DNA of 64,000 nucleotides from Mobula hypostoma (GCF_963921235.1 NC_086100.1:203858001-203922000), one strand, 5' to 3'; positions 53,040 to 64,000 are shown, counted from the stretch's first letter. Notes: generated by a model from the sequence alone, not told the origin. Numbers and translations: made by a program.

Positions 53040-53560
53040 ATAGAGAACTGCTAGATCTGTAATCTTGTCGGAGGTTTTACAATATTTAAACTGTATTGGT
53101 GGGTGTGGTGCGTTGTCCGGATCAGATTCGTGATTATGCAGAGTGTGGTAGGGAATTCCGCGGGTTTTCAGCTGCTTTGCCAGTGAGGACTTCTTGGTGG
53201 GAGGTGATATATGAGTCCTTCGTCATACGCTCAGAAAGCCGTTCCTTTCTGAGAGACTGTACTCGTAGCCAACTTAAAGTATCAGGTGATGCTCTAGAAA
53301 GCTTATTAGTAAATTGTTCGATTCTGCTCCATGCAAGAACTGTAGCCTTTAAACAGACGCCATGATGTGTCAAGTGTCGATTGAGAGACAACGAGTCGCA
53401 GCGGAGTTATGAATTCGAATGCCTTTTTGGCACATTTTCTAGTGTTTCTCCAATCAGGTGTTCATTCTAAAGATCAACACTCTTTGCAATTCTGACTATG
53501 TAGTCACACGCGATGTAATAACAGCACTTTGCGCCTCGGCGCAGACGTCCGCTGTTCATT
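53040..53560 (-). other. Diverged paralog of the defensin upstream/promoter region (copy B)
   Basis: Colinear with 62110-62635 over about 500 bp (GAGAGACAACG, AGAACTGTA, TTTCTAG.GTTTCTC.AATC, GATGTAATA); TATA position reads TTTAAATA. Confidence 0.7.
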
Positions 53561-53739
53561 TATTTTAGTCCATTGTTCATTTGTTTTCAGATATAGCTTT
53601 TTTTGTACAATTTACGTGAACAGTATTTATTTATTTCCCTAAGGTCTCTTAATCATAGTGATTACATTTAACTCCAGCAGATTCACTGACATATCCACTA
53701 TATTTAAAGAGCACACATGATAAGATGATAAGACATCGT

Positions 53740-54720
53740 GACCGAATTAGGTCACTTCGACCAAAGAGGCTTCTAAGCCATTTAACCCTGCTTTATTATT
53801 TCTCTGAGCCTCATTGCCTGCCTTCTTCCAGTAACCTTCGAAGCTCTGACAAAGAACTATTAATATCCGCTTTGAATAAATTCAATAACTTGACCTCCAC
53901 ATCCATCTGTTTTAAGGGGTTCTACGGAATCACCGACACCCGATTAAAGAAACCTCTTTCCTAAATCGGCATCCTTCAGTTATGAGCCGTTGTCCTATGG
54001 ACGTCAACTCGCACTTTAAGTGACAGCTGCTCTCCAGATCCACTCTATCTACGCCTATCAATATTCGATACAATTCATTGAGACCTCCCATCTCCCTTCA
54101 TTTTCCTAATCAACAGCGACTAAAGGCACAGAGCCATCAAATTCTCCTCGAACGTTTACCATTTCATTTCAAAAATCATTTTCGTGAAACGCCTCTGGAT
54201 TCTTGTCAATATCACCATATCTCTTCTTAGATAAGAGGTCCAAATGCCGCCAATACTCAGGGCAGTCTGAGCAAACACTTTTACCATGACCATTAAATCC
54301 CTGCTTTCAGCTTCCAGTCTTCTCCACTTAAATGCAAACATTGCATTTGTCTTCGTTACAAGCGAAGCAACCTGTAATGTGAACTTTAGCGATACCTGCA
54401 CATTGACTCCCAAGTCCCCTTGCACCTCCAATATTCGTTTATAAAACAATGTGCACCTTGTTCGTTCCACCAAAGTACATGACCATACATCTCCTTACAT
54501 AATATTCCATCTGCTACCTCTTTGTCTGCTTGTGCAATCTCTGCAAGTCCTTCTGCCTACTCACTACTCCATCAGGATAACCTTTCCCTCAACCTGTCCT
54601 CGTATTCTCTGAAAATCAGTCCACAACGCGAACCAATCCATCGTCCAAATCCGTGATATAGAACGTGAAAGGAATTAGTCCATACACATCCCGCTGCGGA
54701 ACACTACAGTCACCAACGGG
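53740..54720 (-). mobile_element. Old degenerate CR1 fragment
   Basis: VQGDLGVNVQVSLK, YLRRDMVILTRIQRRFTKMI in ORF 54156..54473. Confidence 0.7.
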
Positions 54721-54752
54721 TAGCAGACAGTCAACCAATATTCTGTCCTTGC

Positions 54753-55812
54753 TACACATATAAAAGTTGCTGGTGAACGCAGCAGGCCAGGCAGCATCTC
54801 TAGGAAGAGGTGCAGTCGACGTTTCGGACGTTTAGGTGTTCAGCGAAAAGATCTCCCAGTCTGCGTCGGGTCTCGTCAATATATAGAAGGCCACATCGGG
54901 AGCACCGGACGCAGTATATCACCCCAGCCGACTCACAGGTGAAGTGTCGCCTCAGCTAGGAGGACTGTCTCGGGCCCTGAATGGTAGTGAAGGAAGAAGT
55001 GTAAGGGCATGTGTAGCACTTGTTCCGCTTAGAAGGATAAGTGCCAGGAGGGAGATCGGTGGGGAGGGATGGTGGGGGAGGGACACCTTATATTCCGTCT
55101 GGGTAGCCTCCAACCTGATGGCATGAACACTGACTTCTCAAACTTCCGCTACACCTACACTCTGTCCGCCAGAGAAAGCAGGATATTCCAGTGGCCACGT
55201 TCCATTCCTATTCTGATATGTCTATCCACGGCCTCCTCTGCTGTAAAGATGAAGCCACACTCAGGTTGGAGGAACAACACCTTATATTCCGTTTAGGTAG
55301 CCTCCAACCTGATGGCATGAACATTGACTTCTCAAACTTCCGCTAATGCCCCACCTCCATCCCAACCGTTATTTATTTATCTATCTATCTATCTATCTAT
55401 CCATTTATTTATTTATTATTTATTTATATACACACATTGTTTTTCTCTCTCTACTCTATCTCCCTCTGTCCCCCCTCACTATAACCCTTGCTCATTCTCT
55501 GTTCCCCCCACCCTTTTCTTTCTCCCTAGGCCTCCTGTCCCATGATCCTCTCATATCCCTTTTGCCAATCATCTGTCCAGCTCCTGGCTCCATTCCTCCC
55601 CCTCCTGTCTTCTCCTATCATTTTGGATCTGCCACCTCCTACTTTCAAATCTCTTACTAGCTCGTCTTTCAGTTCGTCCTGACAAAGGGTATCGGCCCGA
55701 AAAGTCGACTGTATCTCTTCCTAGCGATGCTACCTGGCCTGTTGCGTTCACCAGCAACTTTTATGTGTTTTGCTTGAAATTCCAGGATCTGCAGATTTCT
55801 TCGTGTTTGCGG
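54753..55812. mobile_element. Rearranged Penelope-like element 3' ends in inverted arrangement
   Basis: 54753-~55080 is minus-oriented and ~55080-55812 plus-oriented; terminal ~75-bp inverted repeats; HLIFRLGSLQPDGMN duplicated. Confidence 0.8.
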
Positions 55813-55819
55813 ATGCTGT

Positions 55820-58800
55820 CCTTGCTGCTATCTTTCCTCTAATATTATTACGCAGCATCATGTTAACCTCGTTAAGGGTTTTTTTTCCTGAATTCCAAGT
55901 AAGCAACACCCATTGACACCCTTTGACGATCCTGCCTGTTATTTCGCCAGACTAATTCCTACAGATTTGTCAAGCAACATTTTAATTGAAGGAATCCCTG
56001 CAGACTTTGCCCTACTATAGTATTCAGCTCCACGTACTTCAAAACCTTATCCATAATAATGTACTCCGATATATTGCCAATCATTGAAATCAGGGCAACT
56101 GGCCTATATTTTCCGTTTTTCTGCTTCTCTCCCTTCCTAAAAGGTTGCAGTGTTCCAGATCTCCTGAAACTTTCCAGAAGTTGGTGAGTCTTCAAGCATC
56201 AACACAAACCTATCCACAATCTCTTAAGCTACTGCTCTTAGAAAGTTGGTGTGTAATATATTTGGTACAGGTGACTTATCTCCCTTCAGACCTTTCAACT
56301 TCCAAACCACCTTGTCCTTAATAATAGCAACGACAATCTCTTCATGTCTCCCACACTCTTGCCCTGCTGTTCTTGTCTTATACTTATTAGGTTTTTCTTC
56401 CATTTCCTTGTCCCCCATTATTACTTTTCCAGTGATCCATATCCACAGCGTGTCATTTTCACTCTATATATCTGTAAAATAAGTGAACCACTTTCACATT
56501 ATTGACAGGCGTACATTCATATTTTCTAGTTTCTCACAACATTGCCGAGAAATTTTGGTATCACAAACACCCCTGAACATACCAATACTTACATACCTGC
56601 GCTTCATGTAATCCCCGTGGTACTGCTACATTGTAAACCCTCAACCCCTCATATTGTCTTTTTGCTTGCACTATCTGCCGAGATTGCCTCATTTGCCTTT
56701 TAGAATACTTCTTCATCCTTGACAACTACCTATCCTGCGTCTTAAAATTCCTCACACAAACTTTATCCATTGCAGTGCTTCTGTCAACCCTGCCAATATC
56801 CCCGTCGAATCAACTTTGGCCAACTTTTGTCATGGTCCGGTCCGTGACATCCGCATTCCGGTTCACAGTCCAGTCTATCGCTCCTTATTCCAGGTTTTCC
56901 GGTTTTCCCTTGTTCTGTTGGGTGCTCTAACTGAGGCACCTGATTCTCATTTTGGGCTGACTACATAAATAGCTCCTGGGTTCAGTTTCCTTTGCTGGAC
57001 TGTTCCCTTCCCTTCCCTTCACTTTCCTTTTGAAGCCTTTCCTGAACCCTCGCCTGAAACCTTTGCCCGAAGCCTTTGCCTGAACCCTTGCGTGCAAACT
57101 TTGCCTGAAGCCTTGTCTGCAACTTTTGCCTGAAGCCTTGCCCTGAAGACTTGCCTGCATCTTCGCCTGCGTCCTCGCCAGTATCGCTGTCAGGTTCTAC
57201 CGCCGGAGCAAGACCGGAGCCTTGCTGTGTCTAGATAAGGAACTGTCTTTCGTTGTTTGGAACTGTCTCTTTATGTCCACTCCTTCGCTAGGTAGGTCCG
57301 GCCGTTTGCCGCTACCTTGAGTTGGAAAATGTTTCTGTGAGCACGCTTTCGCTAGTTAGGTCCGGCCGTTTGCCGCTAACTTATGTTGGGTACCGTCTCT
57401 TTGGTCCTCGCTTCCACTTGGTGGTCCGGGCGTTTACCTCTACCTTGAGTGGAGAACTGTCTCTCTATGTTCTGTGTACGAGTCCCGGCTTTATGTCCTA
57501 TTCCCTAGGAGGGGTCCTGACTCTGTGTAGAGACCCTGTCCCAAGTCCTGTTCCCAAGGAGGGTTCCCGGTTTGTGTTGCATGTCTCTGTGTTCCTATTC
57601 TGCCAAGACCAAGTTTCTGTGTTCCTGTTCTGCTAAGACCAAGTCGCTGTGTTCCTGTTCTGCCAAGACCAAGTCTCTGTGTTACTGTTCTGCCAAGACC
57701 AAATGTCTGTGTTCCTGTTCTCTCAAGATCAACTCAAGGCTTCAGGTTCTCGTCCTGTCCATGTGCCTCGTCCTGTGCAGGAGTTCCACGTCCAGTCCTC
57801 CAGCCACGTTCAGTCCGATAGCCACGCCACGTCCCGTAGCCACATCTTGTCCTCGCCTAGATCCGGAGTCCGAGCCCGAGTGAAGACCCAGGTTCTGGGT
57901 CCCTGTCCAGTCTCTGGCTCGGAGTCTTAGCCCAGGCTCCTAGTTCCTAGTTCCTTGCTCTGGCTCCGCTTTCCTCGTCAAGTCCCAGCCCAGGCTCTGT
58001 ATCCTACTCTCGTCCAGGGCCTGTGTCAATGTCCAGCGTCATTTCTTCCCCACTTCCCTTGCTTTCTTGACAAACCTGTTCCTTGTACTTCAGTGTCTGT
58101 GTCTTGCATTTAGGTTCGCCACCAAAGCTCCCCTTCTGACAGCTCCTCTCTCATGCCTCTGTATTTCCGTTTCTTCCAACTGTAATACGAAGACATCTGG
58201 CTTTATGCCCTCCCTTTCAAGTTGCAGAGTGAATTCCAAAACATTATGATCAGTGCATCGTAAGAGATACTTTACCGTAATCTCTCTTATCAATTCTGGT
58301 TAATTACACAAAACCCAATCACAGGGTCCTCCAGAATGCCTTCTCGTAGGCATTCGACAAATTCCCTCCAACGCATTCCCCGTTATGGCCCTGCGCATTG
58401 AAATACCCACAAGATAGCAACAGCTCACTTACTACATCTTTTTTTCCTATTTCCCTTTGAAATTTATATCCCACAGCCTGTCTACACTTTTGGATGCTTG
58501 CATATTTCCCCCGCCAGATGATTTTATCTTTGTTGTTTCTTAACTCTAACCACAATGGTTCTATATTTACCGATCCTATATCATCTCTTTCGAAGGATAT
58601 GAGTTCATATTTATCAACAGAACCATATCACCGGCACTGACAACTTGCCTGTCTCTCCTATGTAATATGATCCATTGGGTGTTAAGCAGCCCACTATGAT
58701 CTTCTTTCGACTACCTTTCGCTTACTGACTACAACGTCATCCACCTGATTCGTATACGACCCACCGTCAGCCCAATCACTCTGGTTAGTATGCAGTCTTA

Positions 58801-58980
58801 ATGTAAAACCTATCCAGAAGATCTTGCAAGTGTAACCGCAAGGATGTTGATGCTCCTCGGTTTCAGGTGTAACTTTGTCTTTTGGTACGGGTCATAGCTC
58901 CCAAGAACAGATATTAATGACGCAGAAATCTGAGATTCTGCCCCCTGCGGTACGTTCTCAGCTTCTCAAGCCGCCATGTA
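55820..58980 (-). mobile_element. Old degenerate CR1 interrupted by a solo-LTR-like element
   Basis: KYRPVAL, DKSPVPN, TDHNVLEF and WLELRN remnants in ORFs 55959..58555. Confidence 0.65.
56828..58141. mobile_element. Solo-LTR-like element (~1.3 kb) with internal tandem repeats
   Basis: TGTCATGG...TTCTGACA termini; ~12-bp GCCTGAAGCCTT-like array at ~57030-57170; about five 30-bp TCTGTGTTCCTGTTCTGCCAAGACCAAGTC units at ~57586-57730; host CR1 resumes on both sides. Confidence 0.65.
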
Positions 58981-60181
58981 CCCAGACAGAAAACTGAATA
59001 CTGTCCATGATGCATCAGTAAAAATTGTTAAACGGAGACGTGGAGAATTTATAAACCCTTGATGCAGACAGGAACATGAACACGGCCGCTTATCTGAATC
59101 TATGGTTTTCCCTTTTGTTTAGTTGACGTTGAGGGAAAAAAAGTTCTTGTCATGACGGTATGTCGGTACGTTATGTGTCTTCATACTGCACTCTGTGGCA
59201 TCGTTCACGAAATGATACCATTAATTTCCAGAATAGTAGAATATACAAAACAGGATGTACTGGTTATGTTTTATAAAGTACACTATTTATCAGACCACAT
59301 TTGTGGTATTTTCTGCAGGTACTAGCTTCATTACGCGCTGTTTCAATACTTCTATATTTATTACTGCTACTCGCTGCAAATATCGATGCAGAAAGCACAA
59401 AATTTGTTAACATATATTTTTCTGAAGACTACTGCTCCCACTACTCTGCGTCTAGGATTTTGTGCAAATAACTTTTTTACATTGCACTGCGAATGTGTTC
59501 ACCTGTGCATGACAATAAAGTCAAGTTGGTCTTTCATATGGCAGACTTGCCGTTAGTTATCTATCAGATTGCATTGAGTCAATTTCGTTGGAACATCGCA
59601 TTGTGAGTGCTGATATAACCTAGAATTTCGGTGAAGATGCCGTTTTGTGAAATAGTCAATTTTTCGAATCGTGATTTGCGTTTAATTCACCCAATGTAAG
59701 TAATGATAGAAACGGGTTTTCAAAGGAAAATGACGATCATAGCACTCAGTCAATAATGTGAAAGCTGTGCTGCAGTGGGTTATGTTTATAGCTTACTCAC
59801 AACTTTGTTCTGATACGTCATCACAAAGTGCGAAGGGTCAGGTACCAAAGTAGTTTTGCCATTTACTTTCCCAGTCCGTCTTCAATGCATGCAACTGCGT
59901 TTTTACAGTCCCCTAACAGAAGGAAATTACATTGGAAAATACTTGGAAGTGTCGCTTGTTGGAATCTTCAGAGAAAGGGAAACATTTAACGATTGCAAAG
60001 AAAGACAGTTAGTCAGGTGAATAATCCTGGCCTTGTTCATATTTTTATGTTTGCTGTGACCCCACAGCTTCGGCAACCGGTCTTTCCAACTAGAACCTTG
60101 CAATTTTTACAAATTATTCGCCTGCCAATGCAAACAAGAACAGGGAAGAAAATGAAACTGTAATCATTGCAAACACTGATA

Positions 60182-60187
60182 TTTATT
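60182..60187 (-). terminator. Polyadenylation signal of the defensin-like gene
   Basis: AATAAA about 85 nt after the stop codon, followed by GT/T-rich sequence. Confidence 0.55.
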
Positions 60188-60269
60188 GCTACAACTTTTA
60201 AATCAGTTTTTATGGAAGAACACGTGTTACCGAGCGCAAATAACTGAAGATAGCTCTTCTTACTCTGCA

Positions 60270-62085
60270 TTAAGCGCGCCCGCAACAGGTTCGTTTGCGA
60301 TAGCAGCTTCCTTTTTTCCGCTTATAACCATCGGGGCATCTCCCAAGTTTGCAGTATACGCCCTTGTAATCGCATGCTGGAACTAGTTAAAAAAAAAACG
60401 TGAATTATACTCGGGCACAGAATAAAATCTGAATTATTTTGTATTCCCCTTTAAAAGTGAATTGCATCACAGTTTTTCGAGCTGAGTTGAATTGGTCGCT
60501 TCTCAACATCGCTCTACACACGAAGTCCTTTTGTACTATGGCCAAGTACTGCACTATCCAAGAGTCCACCATCCTTAATGTCATCTAGAAACTTCCTAAC
60601 CTACCCTTCCACTTCCTCAGGAATGTCACAAAGATCAAATCGTAGATCCCTGTGTGACCTAACTATTCACAGGCCTCCACCAGTGGTCCCCAACCACTGG
60701 GCCGCGGACCGGTACCGGGCCGCAAAACATGCGCTACCGGGCCGCGGCGAAACGGTATGATTTGGCGATATGAGTCAGCTGCACCTTTCATTCCCAGTCA
60801 TGCCCTCTGTTGAGCCATTACACACGCGAGGTGATTACCCGCGCGTCACCCATGTCAGCGCAGGAAGGAGATCAACTCTTCGAGCTTGCAAATGATGGCG
60901 GGCTGAAAAGTATGTTTGACATAACATCTCTGCCGGCATTCCGGATCAAAGTCAAGGCTGAATATCCTGAGATAGCTTAAGGAAGCACTGAAAACATTGC
61001 TTCCATTTCCAACATATCTCTGCGATGAATGTAACAAAAACTAAATTGCGGAATAGACTGGACATAAGGAACTCCGTTCGAGTATCGCTGTCTCCCATCA
61101 CCCCTCGATGGGGCCGTGTTGTTGCAGGAAAACAAGTATTCAGCCAGGGCTGCCACTGATTCAGCGATATTGGTGCGTGGCACTGATTTTACATGTTCAT
61201 ACGAGGAAAATATGCGCTGTACGTTTAATATCCAAACGTTACTTAAAATGTTATGATGCTATTATAAGTGACTTATATAACCATATAACAATTACAGCAC
61301 GGAAATAGGCGATCTCGGCCCTTCTAGTCCGTGCAGAAAGCTACTCTCACCTAGTCTCACCGACTTGCACTCAGCCCAAAACCCTCCATTCCTTTCCTGT
61401 CCATATAGCTATCCAATTTAACTTTAAATAATAATATTGAACCTACCTCTACCACTTCTACTGGAAGTTCTTTCAACACACACTTCAAACTCCCCATCCT
61501 CCCCTGATGATTGACTTATCACTATATTCATGCGAGGAAAATAAGCGCTGTGTGTTTAATATTAAATTCGTTAGATAAACCTTTTTTAGAAACGAAATTG
61601 AGTGTATTAGCCACTTATTACCAATATTCCGGTCGTGATTAACTCCCCCCCCCACCCCCACCCCCGAAAAGAATCGCCAAAAATGGTTTGCAGAGAATAT
61701 CATCGGCGGTACACGTATGCGCACTGGTGCCCGCGCAACGCTTCATGGTCATTGTAGTCTTTTCCGGGCAAACACTACTCTTGTCCGTTGGCAACCCTAC
61801 GCACCCCCCCCCCCCCCCACGGGTCGGCCGGTCCGCAAGAATATTGGCAATCTTAAGCCGCTCCGCAGCGCAAAAGAGGTTGGGAACCCCTGGACTGCGC
61901 TACCACTATAGCCATTAAAATGACTGACGGCAGCGGACAGCAACTTTAAATGAACTCTCACCAGGTCCAGTTTGCTGAACGATTTAATAAAAATACATAC
62001 TCGCTGCACGTGTTTGGTACCAGTCTCCTTCTGCAAATTGCTGACACATTAACAATGACAGGACGAAGATGAACGCAGTTCTCAT
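60270..62085 (-). CDS. Beta-defensin-like antimicrobial peptide precursor, 65 aa, two exons (62085-62001, 60382-60270)
   Basis: Exon 1 MRTAFIFVLSLLMCQQFAEGDWYQTRAA ends A|GTATGT; acceptor ttttttttttaactag|TT gives a phase-1 join; exon 2 IPACDYKGVYCKLGRCPDGYKRKKGSCYRKRTCCGRA-stop; Cys spacing C-x6-C-x4-C-x10-C-x5-CC with CP and GxC; hydrophobic signal peptide; TATA and AATAAA in expected positions. Confidence 0.9.
60681..61892 (+). mobile_element. hAT-Charlie-type non-autonomous DNA transposon inside the defensin intron (includes a CR1 3' piece ~61280-61480)
   Basis: TIRs CAGTGGTCCCCAACC / GGTTGGGAACCCCTG; degenerate 8-bp TSD GCCTCCAC/GACTGCGC; transposase C-terminal remnant SLPAF.IKVKAEYPEIA..ALKTLLPFPT.YLC..TKTKLRNRLDI. 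Confidence 0.85.
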
Positions 62086-62151
62086 TTTGTTCCCTCTTCA
62101 GTACCGGAGAGCGAGAGAAGGAGATCTGGAATATTGTCGGAGATGCCGCAG

Positions 62152-62270
62152 TATTTATACTGAACTGGTTGGTATGTTGTGTTGTCTGGAATAGATTGGT
62201 TCTTGCGGCGGGTGTGGTACTGGAGTGACAGGGTTCCCAGCTGTTTCTACAGTGAGGTTTCATTGGTGGG
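62152..62270 (-). promoter_or_regulatory. Defensin core promoter: TATAAATA (62159-62152) and two CCAAT boxes (62199-62195, 62266-62262)
   Basis: Consensus TATA about 67 bp upstream of the ATG with CCAAT motifs upstream. Confidence 0.65.
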
Positions 62271-62687
62271 CGGTGACATATGGATCAATGTTCAAACACT
62301 CATAAGGCGTTTTTTTTTTCTCTTCTGAGGGACGAGTGCTCATTGTTAACCGGAAATATCGAGCGATGCTGCAAGTGTAATCAGTAACGTATTCCGTTCT
62401 GCTCTATCCCAGAACTGTAATCTTCAAGCTGACGCCTGGCTCTGCCAGGTGTCCAGTGAGAGACAACGCGACTCTGCCCAGCACAGTTAAACACCCACAC
62501 GTTAATTTCACACGATTTCTAGCGTTTCTCTAATCGGAACTTCAACGTGAATGCCAGAGCTTTCCACAGTTCTAACTATGCCGTGAACCGGATGTAATAT
62601 CAACACACTGCTCCTCAGCTCAGCAGTCATTATTTTCATAGAATTCTCACGCTTTCATTTCTGGATTAATGTTTGTTCAGTTTATTG

Positions 62688-62930
62688 CAGGGGTCCCCAA
62701 CCTTTTTTGCACTGCGGACCGGCTTAAGATTGCCAAAATTCTTGCGGACGGGCCGACCCTGGGGGGCGGTGGGGGGAGGCGGTATGGTTGCCAACGGACA
62801 AGAGTAGTATTTGCCCCGAAACACTACAATGACTATGTAGCCTTGCCCGGGCACCAGTGCGCATGCATGACCTGCGCATGCGTGACCTGAGCATGCGTGT
62901 ACCTGCCGATATTATTCTCTGCAAACAACA
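62688..62930 (-). mobile_element. hAT-Charlie terminal fragment (inverted copy of ~61680-61892)
   Basis: CAGGGGTCCCCAACC TIR and subterminal sequence reverse-complementary to the intronic element's right end. Confidence 0.85.
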
Positions 62931-62934
62931 GGTA

Positions 62935-64000
62935 TTTTGCAGATGCTGGAAATTGAATCAACACACATCAAAGTTGCTGGTGAACGCAGCAGGCCAGGCA
63001 GCATCTGTAGGAAGAGGTGCAGTCGACGTTTCAGGCCGAGACCCTTCGTCAGGACTAACTGAAGGAAGGGTGAGTAAGGGATTTGAAAGTTGGAGGGGAA
63101 GGGGAAGATCCAAGATGATAGGAGAAGACAGGAGGGGGAGGGATAGAGCCAAGAGCTGGACAGGTGATAGGCAAAAGGGGATACGAGGGGATCATGGGAC
63201 AGGAGGTCCGGGAAGAAAGACAATGGGGGGGGGAACCCAGAGGATGGGCAAGAGGTATATTCAGAGGGACAGAGGGAGAAAAAGGAGAGTGAGAGGAAGA
63301 ATGTGTGTATAAAAATAAGTAACAGAATGGGTACGATGGGGAGGTGGGGCCTTAGCAGAAGTTAGAGAAGTCGATGTTCATGCCATCAGGTTGGAGGCTA
63401 CCCAGTCGGAATATAAGGTGTTGTTCCTCCAACCTGAGTGTGGCTTCATCTTTACAGTAGAGGAGGCCATGGATAGACATGTCAGAATGGGAATGGGATG
63501 TGGAATTAAAATGTGTGGCCACTGGGAGTTCCTGCTTTCTCTGGCGGACAGAGCGTAGATGTTCAGCAAAGTGGTCTCCCAGTCTGCGTAGGGTCCCGCC
63601 AATATATAAAAGGCCACATCCGGAGCACCGGACGCAGTATATCACCCCAGTCGACTCACAGGTGAAGTTTTGCCACACCTGGAAGGACTGTTTGGGGCCC
63701 TGAATGGTGGCAAGGGAGGAAGTGTAAGGGCATGTGTAGCACTTGTTCCGCTTACACGGATAAGTGCCAGGAGGGAGATCAGTGGGGAGGGATGGGGCGG
63801 GGGGGACGAATGGACAAGGGAGTTGCGTAGGGAGCGATCCCTGCGGAATGCAGGGGGGGGGGGAAGATGTGCTCAGTGGTGGGATCCCGTTGGAGGTGGC
63901 GGGAGTTACGGAGAATAATCTGTTGGACCCGGAGGCTGGTAGGGTGGTAGGTGAGGACCAGGGGAACCCTATTCCTAGTGGGGTGGTGGGAGGATGGAGT
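62935..64000 (-). mobile_element. Penelope-like retroelement 3' part with GIY-YIG endonuclease, running off the window
   Basis: ORF 63352..63678 FTCESTGVIYCVRCSGCGLLYIGGTLRRLGDHFAEHLRSV..PVATHFN..EQHLIFRLGSLQPDGMN. Confidence 0.92.
63021..63056 (-). ncRNA. Minimal type I hammerhead ribozyme in the Penelope 3' repeat
   Basis: AGTC-CTGACGA-AGG(GTCTCGG)CCT-GAAACGTC-GACT: stem I AGTC/GACT, intact CUGANGA and GAAA core, GUC cleavage triplet, palindromic ACGT in place of helix III. Confidence 0.75.

Noticed and set aside
53500..53560. KCCYYI on the minus strand resembling a retroviral Env CX6CC motif
   Set aside because: Needs a frameshift, is surrounded by stops, and is not preserved in the paralogous segment at 62580-62630
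57586..57730. 30-bp repeats as a CRISPR array or Cys-rich protein
   Set aside because: Head-to-tail tandem units without spacers inside an LTR-like element in eukaryotic DNA
60037..60285. 82-aa Cys-containing ORF overlapping the defensin 3' end
   Set aside because: Different frame, runs through the 3' UTR and poly(A) signal, no recognisable domain

Overview
Repeat-dense eukaryotic (vertebrate) DNA. The CR1/Penelope/Rex1/Tc1 repeat content and a GPR139-like receptor suggest a cartilaginous fish, possibly a ray (inference). Most of the window is nested, mostly decayed mobile elements: CR1 LINEs (including a young near-identical inverted pair), Tc1 IR/DR transposons, Penelope-like elements (one with an intact minimal hammerhead ribozyme), a full-length Gypsy LTR element nested in a CR1, solo LTRs and hAT-Charlie remnants. 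Host genes read by hand: (1) a two-exon GPR139/GPR142-like GPCR on the minus strand with a single +1 frameshift in a homopolymer; (2) six co-oriented, mostly decayed tRNA genes; (3) an intact two-exon beta-defensin-like gene on the minus strand that the ORF track misses (exon 1 62085-62001, exon 2 60382-60270). It encodes MRTAFIFVLSLLMCQQFAEGDWYQTRAAIPACDYKGVYCKLGRCPDGYKRKKGSCYRKRTCCGRA and has a TATA/CCAAT promoter and AATAAA. Two diverged copies of its upstream region at ~53040-53560 and ~50995-51210 have no recognisable coding exons, consistent with a decaying tandem defensin cluster.
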